The position numbers and the translations under genes were made by a program. A stretch of DNA of 63,504 nt, the filler included, from Fonticula-like sp. SCN 57-25 (taxonomy: Eukaryota): assembly GCA_001724245.1 (NCBI GenBank). It is 11 parts of 11 records of this genome, joined end to end, with 100 filler letters (N's around TTAATTAATTAA, not from the genome) between each part and the next. Parts side by side here need not be neighbours in the genome. Positions count along the whole stretch, not along the records: positions 1 to 5,784 come from MEDX01000594.1; positions 5,885 to 12,071 come from MEDX01000595.1; positions 12,172 to 17,467 come from MEDX01000596.1; 8 more parts are not named here. The stretch is one strand, 5' to 3'. Below the pieces are notes generated by a model. The model saw only the letters and a list, made by a program, of their open reading frames with translations, was not told where the DNA came from and did not search any database. Within the stretch, counting starts at the first letter, position 1. Each line of letters begins with the position of its first letter. Of the stretch, positions 1 through 14,549 are shown in pieces.

Positions 1-1579
<1,579 letters not shown>

Positions 1580-1900
1580 ATAAGAGTACATACAGGTAAT
1601 ATTATGTAAAAATAAATGTGATCAAATATTGGAATGAAGCATACCAGAAAGATGCCAATAAAAGGCATGTAAACATGACATTGTCAGTACCAATCAGTGT
1701 AGCAAAATGAAGGTAAACATGTCAGAACCATCATAAAAGTTCTTGATCGTTTCTCTTTTTTATCCATAAACATACATAGCAGATTCCTTTATTGTTTGTT
1801 GTTTTTATATCAAAAGTACAAAGGTAGCCTATCGAATGAATACGAGCAAAACAACATAAAACAGTGCCGATATTCCAGTCATACGCGCTTTAAGTTTCCT

Positions 1901-4710
1901 TTACTGCGCCGACCCCGATGGCGGCGCCGATTCGCCCCCAGTCGCCTTGCCATCTTCTTCATTCCTATTGCGCTTGCTATCGGTCTAAAGATAGGACAAG
2001 AAAATACACAGTCAGCATATAGCCATAATATAGAACTAACGATGACGTACATTGGAAGCAGGTTCGTCTTCGCGAGACCGCTTGGCGTCGTCCCGGCGAT
2101 CACGTGATCCACGGCGGTCGCGCGACCAATCGGGCGGCGGCGCGTCATCGTGCGGACGACCGCCACGGTCATAAGGTCGGTCACGAGGTCCATCATACCC
2201 ACGTGGTCCATCACGAGGTCCATCATACCCACGTGGTCCATCACGTGGCCCATCATACCCACGCGGTCCATCACGTGGTCCATCATACGGTCCACGTGGT
2301 CCATCGTAGGGTCCCCTTGGCCCGTCATACCTGTCGCGCGGCCCGTCATAAGGCCCACGCGGTCCGTCATAGGGCCCACGTGGCGGCCCACTATAAGGCC
2401 CCCTCGGCCCATCATACGGCCCACGTGGCGGCCCATCGTACGGTCCACGTGGCCCATCATAAGGCCTCCTGGCCCCATCATACGGCCCACGTGGCGCATC
2501 ATACGGGCTCCCCCGCCCATCATACCCACCTCGGTCATACCCACGTGGCGCATCATACCCACGTGGCCCCTCATACGGCCCACGCGCCCCATCATACACG
2601 CCGCGCCCCTCCCGCGGCCGCTCCCTCTCTCCATAAGGTCCACGTGGCGGCTCATACCGCTGCGGCGGCCCAGCCAATGGCGACCCGCGGCTGTCCCGAT
2701 ACCGATCTCCCATTGGCGGACGGCCGCCATCAGGCCCGCGATACGGCGGCATGATTGGCGGAGGCCGTCCGCGCCCGCCGCTGCTCCCGCCACTTGGCCC
2801 GTGGATGGCGAGGTGGGGCGGCGGGCGGGGGCCGGTCATGGGCGAGCTGTGCGTCGAAGACCCTTTCGTGTGGTAATTGGGGCGAATACTGTAAAGGGGA
2901 AAGGAGAAAGAGGGTAAGAACATGACCATGAACGGCAACATGAACATGCACATGAACATGACCATGAAGATGAACATGAACATGAACATGGACATGAATA
3001 TGAGCATGCACAAGAACAGGAACAAGAACAAGAAGACCAATACCAACCAACCAACCAATAATAAAAACGTACTCGGCAGGTTTACAGGGAAGCGGCGCCT
3101 CAAAGAACCACTGATGATGCAGGACATCCATCGCCATCGGCCGCTTTGCCGGGTCCAGCGTCAACCTACACAGCCCACATCAGTACCCAATACAGTACTT
3201 TATACCCAGCCACGCACAGCTGGTCAAGAAGGTCACATCCACTCGAGCTCAGATGCTCACTAAACCGCGACCGCAATACACGGCGGTGCACAAGCGGGTC
3301 AAACTTTGCCTTGTCATAGTCGGGCAACTTTGACACACCTACCAAACACATATGCCTTGTCAGCACAACATTTCCATCAATACCAAACGAATAAATGACT
3401 CGTACCTGGCCATGTTTCCTCTGTCGGCATTCCCACAATCTGCGTGACCGTATTCAGCTGCCTTATCTGCCCGACATCATCGTCTTCAAAAGTGGTCATG
3501 AAGAGCGGATGACGCAGGTAAAACTCGGTAAAGATGCACCCGGCGGCCCAAATGTCGAGCGAGGCGTTGTATTGGTTGCCGCCGAGGAGAAGTTCGGGGC
3601 CGCGGTACCACATGGTGCACACTTTTTTGGTCATCTGGAACATGCCGTCGTCGAGGCTAGACTTGTCGGGAAGGATCCGCGAAAGGCCAAAGTCGGCGAT
3701 TTTGAGTTCGCCACGTGTGTTCACAAGGATATTTGCGCCTATTTCGTGTCAGAAAATGACTATAATTTGCACGTAAATTTGCACAAAAATGACGTACTTT
3801 TCAAGTCACGGTGGACAATGTCGTTTTTGACAAGAGAAGCGAGGCCCATGAAAAGCTGCTTGACGTACGACTTGATATGGTGCTCGGGAAAGACATTGCT
3901 CTTGTTGGCGAGCAGCGAGCCCAAGTCATAGTCCATGTATTCAAGCACAAGTGCAACAATATTGTCGGCTAAAACAAGGTAAAAGTTAGAAAAAGGGCGC
4001 ACGTGGACAAGTCGTACCTTGACCAAAGGCCATGTCGCGCAGCTGCACGATGCCGGGCGAGCCGCGCAGCCGCTTCAAGATCTTGATCTCGCGAATGGCG
4101 GTAATGGGGAACTTTTACGTGCAAGTTGAATATAAAATTGTTTCTTTCGTTAATATAAAAACGCACCCCGTTGGTCTCCTCGGCGAGCGAGTACTTTTTG
4201 AGCGCCACAACGTCCGTCGTGTCCTTGTACGTCGCGCGGACGACCGAGCTGCGCCACGCGGTGAGCCCGCGCGCACAAAAAAAGCATAGTAAAAACGTAC
4301 CCATAAGTGCCCGCGCCGACGCGCTCTTTCTGGTCAAAATTTTGCAGCTCGCGAAGGCCCGTCATCTTGCGCCGCAGATGCGGGGGGCGCATGTCGGCCG
4401 GCGTCGTCACAATCGGCGACTTTCCGCTGCTGCGCAAAAAATCGGCCGTCGGGCGCGGCAGAGGTGACGAGGCGGACCCGTTTTTGGACGGCGGCGCTCC
4501 GGGCGTGCTCACGTCAGGTACGACCACAGGCGCCTTGTCTGCCAATCCCACCACCGGCGGGGCAGTCGGACCGACGGCGACCTTGATGTCCACCGTCGAT
4601 GCCGACGGCGCTTCTTCCGGCGGCGGCGGCGGTGGTGGTGGCGGCGGAGGCGGAGTCTGCTCCGTCTGGGGAAGCTCGCCTTCCTCCCTCTCCTCGTCTT
4701 CTGGCCGCAT
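1901..4710 (-). CDS. CDK9/12/13-family (Bur1/Ctk1-like) CTD kinase with a C-terminal GPYDGPR repeat tail; multi-exon
   Basis: Spliced motifs VGAGTYG, VALKK, FPITAIREIKIL, HRDLK, ANIL, KIADFGL, VCTMWYRGPELLLG, DIWAAGC. ATG at 4710 and TAA at 1901-1903 after a last short intron. Confidence 0.88.
2180..2650 (-). repeat. Coding tandem repeat with a ~21-nt period (G[P]YDGPR units) in the kinase tail
   Basis: Repeated catcatac(c/g)...ccacgtgg units on the + strand. Confidence 0.9.
2920..3062. repeat. Intronic microsatellites (CATGAA)n, (CAAGAA)n, (CCAA)n
   Basis: They lie inside the kinase intron at ~2889-3071 (GTACGT...TACAG on the minus strand). Confidence 0.85.
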
Positions 4711-5180
4711 GGCTAAGCACTGCAAGCGCTCACGATGCGCGGAAAGATGCGGTTGTGTAGGTGTGCGGCAGTCGTGTTCGCCACGCACTGGGGTGCCGCC
4801 CCCGCCTAGCAACAAAGCCGCGCCTTCTCTATCAAAAGAACCTACACGGCCTTGGTGTCGGGCAGCGCGATGCCAAGGGGGCCGGGTAGCGCACAGATGG
4901 GCCTCGTCGACGGCGGCAGCAAGTCGCGCGAACGCGAAATCAGAAATCAGATCTGATTTCTGATTCATCATAAGCCCGGTGAGACAATGGCAGACATGGG
5001 GGTGTCGGACTGGAATTTCGACTCTACTACGACAAGAGAGAATAGTGTATCGATAATGAAAACAGGGCAAGTCAAAACCGCAATATACTATGATTAAGGT
5101 TGGAGATAGGAAGGAACAAAATATGTATTATACTATACAGGAATCGGAATCGAAAATAAACAGTCACCCATGTTGGAGTA

Positions 5181-5784
5181 CTAAGCTTGGAGGTCGATCG
5201 GCACCGTCCCGCTCCACTTTGCCACCCATTCGTCCTTGTCACCGTCCACTTCTTTTCGCATTTGACGCACCATTCCAATGAACTTTACCGCGTCAGAGGC
5301 CTTGAGTGCGCCTTTGCCCGCCTCGACAACACGTGATGGCGAAAGAGAGCACAGGGCAGCACCATGCCAGCCAGTTGAGACTAAACACGCATATTGGCCA
5401 CCAAGTGTCTTGATCCAGTTTGCAGTTTGCACTTGGTTCCATGATAGAACACTGTCAGTCGGCGGGGCAAACGCGCTGTCATCACTCAACTTATAGTGTG
5501 CAATATAACCATGCAGTTGAAGGGCGGCAGCATCATTGAATGACACCTCATTCTCCATCACATTGTCCACGTGGAACATGGTCAAAGTGGCGCCATCTAT
5601 GTCCTTGAGCGTAGTTTGCAGTTTGCCCATGCCAATGTCACAGAGCCATTCCTTAAAGGTCTCACCGCGAACATCCTCCAATCCGGACACAGATAGGCAG
5701 TCTGTCAAGCTGTCAAGTGTCTGCGTGCAAACATGAATGATGCCAAGCAGTTCATCATGTTGTTCTTTCAGCAAAGTCAAACCA
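5181..5784 (-). CDS. C-terminal fragment of a protein with two tandem SAM domains
   Basis: FKEWLCDIGMGKLQTTLKDIDGATL and VLSWNQVQTANWIKTLGGQYACLVSTGWHGAALCSLS both fit the SAM pattern. Truncated by the linker. Confidence 0.6.
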
Positions 5785-5884
5785 NNNNNNNNNNNNNNNN
5801 NNNNNNNNNNNNNNNNNNNNNNNNNNNNTTAATTAATTAANNNNNNNNNNNNNNNNNNNNNNNNNNNNNNNNNNNNNNNNNNNN
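5785..5884. other. Artificial contig linker. Identical linkers at 12072-12171, 17468-17567, 22857-22956, 28247-28346, 33621-33720, 38991-39090, 44352-44451, 49713-49812 and 55072-55171
   Basis: 44 N + TTAATTAATTAA (stops in all six frames) + 44 N, present ten times. Genes are cut at these points. Confidence 0.99.
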
Positions 5885-8742
5885 AAGTCGGTGAGCGCTG
5901 ATAGGGCGACGGTCGCGAGGCCGCCGAGGGCGCACTCGAGGGCAAAGGTGCCCGTCTGCCATCCCTTTTGGTGTGTCAGCAAGGATAAAAGAAAAGGAAA
6001 AGGCGTACAGAAATGAACTTTTGATAGGCGGCGGTGTCCTCGATGGGCAGGACGGGCGACTCGTTCTTTGAGAGGGACATGCAGTAGGCGCGAAGGGCGC
6101 TCTCCATGTGCTTTTTGGCGTAAAAGTGACCAATCCTGAAGAAGTATTCTAAGTTCACGACTAAAAATAGAACATGGTCGTACGTGGGAAGACCGCCATA
6201 GAGCGTCTGTTCAGCTTCGGCCTCTATCCTGTTCACCAATTGCTATGAACTTCGTTAGTAATCATGACTACATGTGCTGAAAAGGTACCGAAACGCTAGC
6301 AGGTCCCTAAACAATGTGTCAGCATTGTACCAAAAAAGCATCTTTCGCGTACGTTCATCTCGGGCGTGTTTGCCCTCGCCGCCGACCCGCCACTCGGCCC
6401 ATCCGGAATCACAATCGCCGACCTCGTCGCCTCCTCTTCCGCGCGCTTCACAATTGCCGCATTGTCCGCCACAATTGACTCTGCCAAGTGCGCCGGAATG
6501 AAACCTTCGTCGCGCTGAGTGGCGCCCCACTCGCTGCGTGTGTGGTCGCCGCGCGCGTAAAAGAGACAGTAGGCTGATGATGACGTCATCTGGCCAAAGC
6601 TGTGGTGCTGCATCTCATCCTCGGTAACCTACCACGTGGCCGATATATGAGCAAAAAGGGTGGGAAAAAGGTACGTACCAATGAGACGTTGGTGTCGTTG
6701 AAGCACCACCATTGGCCATCGCGGCGGATATACGCCCAATAGTGGCCGCTTCCCGCCGCGCCCGCGTGGACGAGCACGGCCATGAGTGTGTATGGGTGCT
6801 GCATAAGCTCATCGACTTCAAAGAGATTCGACAGCACAGACTTGACTTCGACCTCGCGCGCACGCAGTGCTACAGTCAGCACAAGAAAAAGTGAAATATG
6901 AAGCGCACATTTTTCCTCTTCTTCGATTTTGAAACGCTCCGCGTCAAGTACGTCAGCAAGTGGTTGGCTGCTATCAGTGCGCTTGCGCTTGGCGTCGGCG
7001 TCGGAAGGCGCGCTTGCCGTCTCTTGTGAGCGAAGGTAATCGGCGGCAAGACGAAGTGCCTCACTCAGCGGCACATTCGAATTCTAATATTCTTTAATGA
7101 GCATGTTGACCACGTGGACAACGAATCGCACCTTATAGTTGACGAGTTCTGCTTGACGCTGGCTAATGTCGCGCAGGCGGGTTTTTCCGAGGCTGCGCTG
7201 GTCGCGAAGGTTGGCGAGCCGCGCCGAGCCCTTATTGGCCGCCATGTAGCGGTCCACGTGGAGCAGCGAGGGAAAGGTCAGTTTCCTATTCACCTTTTCC
7301 GACCGATTCCTCTGATTGGACAAAATAAAATGAGACAAAGTGAAAATTGATGTGCCACGTACCTCGGTAGAGTAGACGACGCGCTGCAGCTGGATGGTGA
7401 GCACGGGAGGGAGTGCTGTGAGGTAGCATGTCTGCGTTGCAGTGGTAACAGTCCCGTCGGCGAGGCGGAACTCGTCAAGGCGAGTGGTGCAGTACGCGTC
7501 GAGCGAGTCAAAGAGGTCGTCATGGTTGTCCACATCCAGAATCTGAACCACAAAGTGAGCGACAAAGTAAATATGTCGCGTGGCGTACAAGCTCGGAAAG
7601 TTCTTCTTCGGCGGACTGAATAGGAATGGCGCCGGGGCCGCCCGCCTCAATCGAGCGCTGCAGCTTGCACTTGAACAAGCTAGTACAGTGTGAGGCCAAC
7701 AAATACGAGAAAAATCAACGAACCTGCTGAGCTCGTTCTCGGTGACGGGCGCGCTGTCCACTTCCATTGCGTCAGCGCCCGCAATTGACTGCGACGCCGA
7801 AGCGTCGGAAGAGCGCGCGAATGCCGCCTCAATGCTGTCGAGGACAATGTGGTGGAACTCTGAAAGTCACAGTTGGATGACGTGTACAAAAAAACGAGAG
7901 CGTACCGTTGATGTCTTCCTGGCCACCGACGGGGACAGGGCGGCCCTGCTTGTCAATCAAAGAGCGCAGGACTTCCGACGGGTCGCAAAATTTGCGACGC
8001 GAGAGGAGAAGCGAGCCAAACAGCGACTGAAGCTTACCAACAACTGTATGGCAATGAGTCAGGAATGAAAAGCCGCACGAGATGACGTACATTGTTGCGC
8101 GTTGGTTTGGTATGTCTGCTCAGCGGTGGGCACCACAACGGCCTCAAGAGGCGCGCCGCTCTCAATGCTCATCTGGGACGACAGCGGCGGCTGTGAGGCC
8201 GACTGCCCGGCATCAGGCACAGGGGTGGGGCTGAAGGTCAGGACATGCTCGCGAAAAGCGGGGATCGCAAAGTAGGCTTGCAACAGAGAGTTGACGTAGC
8301 ATGTGTTGCCGACGTTCTGAAGGCCCGCGGGGATGTCAATTGAGCGCAGCGGGACGAGCGGGACGTGGGGCTGATGCGAATCCTTGAGGCTGCGCTCGAT
8401 GGCCGTTTGGTAGTCTGTCTGCAAGCGACATGACGTAAGCAACGGGAATCGGGATGCCACTGGGCGTACGTCATCGGGGATGACGATAGAGTCGACCGGA
8501 GGCGGTGGCGGAGGCAGAGGCAGCAAGCTGAACGGGGCCGGCCCGGGCAGGCTCGGGCTCTCGTTGGTCAGCAGAAAGTTGGCAGCCTTCTCCTCGTCGT
8601 CGTTGAAATCCTGCAAAGCCGTTAGTATACGCATGCGAGCAATGATAGATCGTACACGCAGGGCTCGCTCCACGTGCTCGCGCGTAATGCCCGAAAGGTT
8701 AAGCGACATCAGGCCGGCGACGCGCTCTTCGTGCGACGCCAT
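5885..8742 (-). CDS. USP25/USP28-like deubiquitinase (UBA-like, UIM and USP domains); many introns; 3' truncated
   Basis: N-terminal UBA-like helices, UIM-like DYQTAIERSLKD, Cys box GLQNVGNTCYVNSLLQAYF, QED, His box LMAVLVHAGAAGSGHYWAYIR, FNDTNV, SAYCLFY. Confidence 0.85.
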
Positions 8743-8872
8743 CCTTGCACACAACCGCGAGGGTAGTTTGCGCACTTCTTCGTCAACAGTGAAATGATGA
8801 GTCAGCGTTTCAGGTTCGTTTCCGTCACGAACAGAGTTTCGCGCCTTTCGCTTTCCCTCGACAGACGGCGGC

Positions 8873-10837
8873 ATGAGCAGCTTTGGCGGGGGTACGAGCT
8901 CGGTAAATGCATGCAGCCCATGCTAACCGTGATCTAGACGACGTGTCGGCCATTGTGCTGGAGACAGGCTCGACCTGGACAAAGTGCGGCTTCTCGGGCG
9001 ATGATGCGCCAAAGTCGGTCGTCATGACCGACTACGGCTACTCGACCAATGAGAATGGTACGAGCGCTTCGGCACGGCCGCATATCCCCGATCTTTCCCT
9101 TGCTAATGAACGCAAAGCTATGGATGTTGAGGGTGGCAGCGGAGCGCAGACGCGCGACTATTTTGTTGGCGATTCGCGTGTTCTCTCCCGCCGGGACGGC
9201 ATGGACATTGGCAACCCGATCCAGGACGGCATTGGTACGCGCGCCTCCTGCCGCCGATCCAGCCCGCTCACTCTTTGACGCGCAGTCCAAGACTGGGACG
9301 CGATGGAGAAAATTTGGGAGTATTCGTTTAGCAATCTCCACCTCAAGACGGCGGGTGCCCCGACGCACACGGCTGTCGAGGTGAACGACAAGGAGGGCGA
9401 CCAGCGTGCGGCCTTTATCGACGATGCTGTTAATAAGGTACGCTCATTTGCGAGAGGTTTTGCGGTAGTTGCTGAAACAGGCGCTTAGTATGCGTTGATG
9501 TACGCCGAGCCGACGTTTAATACCCGCGAGTCGCGCGAAAAGGCGGCCGAGATCTTTTTCGAAAAGTATGGCGTGTCGGGCTTTTTCCTCTGCAAGAACG
9601 CCGTTCTTGCTTCGTACGCCACAATTTAGGAGTGTGAGTATTGCGCTAACCAGTTTTAACTAGGTTTGCGTCGCAAAAGTACACGAGTCTCGTCATCGAC
9701 ATTGGCGGCGGCATGATGTCGGTCGCCCCCGTCGTCGACGGCTACGTCCTCAAGAAATGTGCGCCATTCGCCTATAACACACCGCATTCGCTGACTGTAC
9801 CCTTTTAGGTGTTGTTTCGCAGCCGATTGGCGGCAATGCGCTGTCCGACTATGCTCTGCGCGTCCTCCAGGACGAGCTCAGCATCAAGGTCCAGCCGTCC
9901 TACATGATCAGCGACAAGAAGCGTGCGTTATAGATTTGTGGTCGAATGCCATACTGAATATGATTTAATTGCAGCGGTTGAGCCTGGACGCCCCGCCAAT
10001 GTGCGTCTTCGTGATGTGTCGCGCGTCAAGCCGTCCTACGAGGCGTTCATGAAGAGGGTGCGCCTACTTTAGTTTCTTTGAATTGTGTTGACGTGTACTT
10101 TCAGAGAGTCGCGAATAATTACAAGGAGACGGTTTGCCAAGTCGCCGACCGGCCGATCGTCGACGATGCGTACGTTTTTTTGCTTATTTTACCATGCTTT
10201 TTGTTATTTTTCGGCACTTTTGCCTCATTTTGCCTCATTTTCGCTCACTTTTCACGCCATTTTTCCAGTATGCTTTCCACGTACGCCTCAAAGTCGTTCG
10301 AGTTCCCCGACGGCTACAACTACACTGTCGGCGCCGAGCGCTTCCGCATTGCCGAGGCCCTCTTTGACCCCCGCGCGCTCTTCCCCGCCGCTGCCCCCGC
10401 CGACGGCACCGCCGCCCCCGCCGGCAGCCACGTGACCCCCGCCGGCCAGGCCACCAAGGGCATCATGGAGCTCATCTACGACAGCGTCATCGCGTGCGAC
10501 GCCGACACGCGCCAGACGGTGCTTCAGACGACGATCCTCACGGGCGGCGGCAGCCTCATGACGGGCCTCAACGACCGCCTTAACGGCGAGCTCTTGAAGC
10601 GCTTTGGATCGGTGCGCGCAGCGAATCAGCTTTTTTAGTTCGCTTTTGCTGACACACTTTTTGGGTTTGTAGTTCAAGTGCAAGCTGGCGGCGAGCACGA
10701 ACGCGACGGAGCGGCGCTTCTCGTCGTGGATTGGCGGGTCGATCCTTGCGTCGCTGGGGTCGTTCCACCAGATGTGGGTGTCAAAGCAGGACTATGAGGA
10801 TGCGGGGCGCACCATCGTCGAGAAAAAGTGCCCGTGA
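8873..10837 (+). CDS. ARP4: Actin-related protein 4 (ACTL6/BAF53)
   Basis: [18 protein letters not shown]...[57 protein letters not shown]...EKKCP*. First intron 8892-8937 with a GCTAAC branch site. Confidence 0.92.
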
Positions 10838-11077
10838 GCGGGATTTTATTTGGTTTGTTTCTATTTTTTTGTTGTTTACGTTTCGGAACAAGAAATATAC
10901 ATGCAGATATACATGATGACTACACAAAATCTAGATATGCACCACGCTTTTCAGACCGTAAAAAACACCTTGCACCATCCAAGCCATACTTATTCTTACT
11001 GTAGTATTATTGGGATTACATATCATCAACGTCATCATCATGCAGGCACAAAATAACAGAAATGCGATCGATCACTT

Positions 11078-12071
11078 TTACTTTTTGCTCTTCTTCTCCT
11101 CGCCGCCTTCCTTTTTCGGAATCACGCCAAGGTTCGCCAGGTACCCCTTTGTGAACTTTACGGCCTTTTCCATCCGCTCCTTTGACCACGTGGGCGTAGC
11201 ACCTCCCTTGAACTCGCGCTCCATGATGCTGTGCGTGATCTTGCGGGCAAAGTGCTTGAACCGGTCGCCTTCCATCGACGCCCGGTACTTGCTCATAACA
11301 GAAATGACACACTCGGACACGTGGCCGCGATACACGCGGAACTCTTCCGTGTGCTCGGCGGCGTGCTTTGCCTCGGCGGGCTTTTCCGCCTTGGCGGGCT
11401 TTTCCGTCTTGGCGCGCTTGGCGGGCGCCTCGCTCGACGGCGTTTCCGACGGCCGCTTCGGGGCAGACTCTGGGGCAGCGGCGGGCGTCGCCGTCGGCAA
11501 TGTCCACTGTGTCTCGCGCGTATTCACATTGTAGTAGTAGACGGAGCCGTTCGGGGCGGTCGCAGCGCGCCAGTCGTCGGGAAGCGCCGACGCAGAAGGC
11601 GTTGACGACGTTGTTGATGACGTCACTGGGGCGGCTTGGTAGGCGGCCTGCTGAGCCGGCGTCGACTGCGAGTAGGAGGAAGTGGAAGGGTAAGCAGACG
11701 ACTGCGGGTAGGACGAACTCGAAGGGTAGGCCGAAGAGGACGAAGAGGACTGGCTGTTGATTGGCTGCATTTGGCTGCCCATCGGCTGCATCTGACCGCC
11801 GACCGGCTGCATCTGGCCGCCGACCGGCTGCATCTGGCCTCCAATTGGCTGTAACTGACCGCTGGTCGGCGCGTAGCTGCTGCTCTGCGCGTACGAGCCC
11901 GAATTGCCGGACGCTGCGCTGCCGCCGCCGTACGACTGCGAGGACCAGCGGTCGCGATCACGATCACGATCACGATCCTGATCGCGATCCCATTCCCGAT
12001 CGCGACTGCGGGTGGTGCCGTAGGGGCTGCTTGGCGGGCCGCCGCTGGGCGAGCTGGCGGCGGCGCGCGAC
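11078..12071 (-). CDS. SET2: C-terminus of a SET2-like protein (WW + SRI domains); 5' truncated
   Basis: WW LPDDWRAATAPNGSVYYYNVNTRETQWTLP followed by SRI-like VSECVISVMSKYR...FKHFARKITHSIMEREFK. Confidence 0.75.
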
Positions 12072-12171
12072 NNNNNNNNNNNNNNNNNNNNNNNNNNNNN
12101 NNNNNNNNNNNNNNNTTAATTAATTAANNNNNNNNNNNNNNNNNNNNNNNNNNNNNNNNNNNNNNNNNNNN

Positions 12172-14549
12172 ACCCTTCTCATATCACGTGTCTCCCCCCT
12201 CGCCACATCAAACACCGCCGTATACAAATGCCCATCACCCAACCCGCAAAACAAGTACGTCACTCCCTCCAAATCACACAACAAAACCGCCCGCGGCACA
12301 ACTTGAGCTTGCGGCAATTCCTGTTTGATCACGTGATCAAGTGTGGGCAGTCTCAGCACGCGCACGGAAAGATCGCCCCAGAGTCCGACGGCCACAAAAG
12401 GCGCTTTTTCCGCGCCAACCGCGCCAATGCTGACACACGCAATTTCATGGTCAAGTCGCGCCGTTCCCGCCAATTCCAGCATCGTTCCCGCCAAATCCTG
12501 CGCTGATTCCTGCGTCGTTCCCGCCAAATCCGATGGCGCGCGCACAACAAGATAGGCCAAATCTGCGCCGCTCGCCACCACAACATGACACCCATGCACA
12601 GCAGCCACGTGGATGCTCCCTTCTGGCGGCGACCAATGAGCGACGCGCGCGCCGCCACGCCGCCCGTCAATCAGCAGCACTGCTGACGTGGTCACTTGGA
12701 CGAAAAGGCCCGGGAAAAGCGGGACGTCGGCGCAGGCGAGGGTGGGCTCGGCGGTGATGAGGCCGGGGAGGTCGAGGGAGGTTGGCGTGTCGGAGGTGAC
12801 GGAGAGGGCGCGGGTGGCGTTGATAAAGGACATGATGAGCAGCTCATGTTTGCTGTGGAGGAAAGGGGCGTTAGAGAAGGGAAGAATGGGGTGAAATAGG
12901 CAAGAAAAGGAATGAAATACAGTAAAATGCGACTAAAAGTACAATAAAATGCACTAGAATGACTCAATACATGTAACCAATATGACACCAATGTAACCAT
13001 GAAATCCATGTAACACCAATGTAACCATGAAATCCATGAAATTATCCACACAATACACAGAGTATACTCTACACTATCTACACTCTACTTTCCACTTTAT
13101 TTCCACACTTGACCAATTACGTACCCCGACTGGCTCCCCAAACTGAGCGACCACACTCCCTTAAGCCCCGTCATTGGCATAATCGCCGTCTCATTCACCC
13201 CCACCCCATTGCACATCACCCTCAGCGACCCATCATTCAATGTCCCGCAGCACGCCACAATCTGCCCCTGGCCCTGCTTCTCCTGCTCGACCACGACAAA
13301 GTCGGTCGCCTGCCCGAGCGACTGGTACGAGTCGACGACCGAAAACTTTGCCTCGCCGTCCGCGCCGCCGCCGCCGCCGAGCTGGATGAGCTGCGCGTCG
13401 CCCGACAGCGAGCCGATGTAGACGAAGCCGTTGTCGAGGTAGGAGAGCGTCTGCGCGACGACGGTGTCGCCGAGGCGCGCGATGGCGAGCGACGCCGAGC
13501 CCGAGGCGCGCGCGCGGTCGAGCGTGAGGAGGTAGAGGCCGCCGCGGTAGTCGCCGACGAGGATGCGGCGGCCGTCGCGCTCGTCGATGAGCGTGTACGT
13601 GACAAAGTGCGTCTGCTCGACTTGGATGGTGACGACCTTGTGCTCGCCGGCGGGCGACATTTCGCTGTACGAGATCGCGGTTTCGCCGAGGATCACGACG
13701 CCGGCGATGGAGCCGGGGATCGGGATCAGGCGGGTGGCGGCGCCCACGCTGTTGAGGAGCCAGGGGCCGGGGCGCAGGTGGCGGATGGACTCGGTAGAGT
13801 CGGAGGGGACGGACCAGAGGCGCACGTGCATCACGTTCTTGAGATCCTGATGGCGCGCGCGGATCAGAAAAGGGCAAGAAAACGAACAAAAAAAGAAAGA
13901 AAAAAGTGCGTACAGAGTAGAGGACGGCGACGGTGGGCATCTCGCAGCCGTGGACGGCCTTGATGTCGCTCACGCGGATCTCGTCGGTGCGCATGTTGAA
14001 GGCGGGGGTGAGATCGCCGTTCGGCTTGAGGGGGATGCAGCGAAGGAAGCGGTCATACTGCGAGAGCATGATGGCGCGGCAGTCGGGGTCGACGGCGAGA
14101 AAGACGCCAGAGTCGGAGAGGTTGCTGTGGAGATCCTTGGTCTGGTGCGCGCAATGTTAGAAAAGAGGGGATAGGATGAGTGGCGCACCTCGCCATTGGC
14201 CTTGGTGTGGATCTCGCCATTCTCATAGTAGAGCACGGCGAGGGACGACTTGTCAGTCACCACGAGCAGGTAAGTGTGCTGCGAGTCGCGCGGCTTGTAC
14301 AGCGACATGGCAGTGACGCGGCCATAAATGTTAAAGTCGATGGTCAGCTGCAGCCCTTCTTCCGCCAGCGAGTATACTTCAATCCGCGTCACCTTGCACA
14401 GGATCAGATTACGCGCACCAGGACCGGTGAAATCGCCAACGGCGGCGGCCTAAACAACAAAGGTTACATTCAATAGAGAGAGGAAAAAGCAAGGAACGCA
14501 CAGTTACAACCGACGGCGGGAACGCCGTAACCACATAGTTGTACGCCAT
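12172..14549 (-). CDS. DDB1: DNA damage-binding protein 1 (CUL4 adaptor); 3' truncated
   Basis: MAYNYVVTAFPPSVV, TRIEVY, IYGRVTAM, SYLDNGFVYIGSLSGDAQL, GQGQIVACCG...GSLRVMCNGVG, LFCGLGDGHL. Confidence 0.95.

Noticed and set aside
2104-3263. His-rich, Met-rich and MNMN ORFs in the ORF track
   Set aside because: They are alternative frames or the antisense of the kinase repeat exon and an intronic microsatellite.
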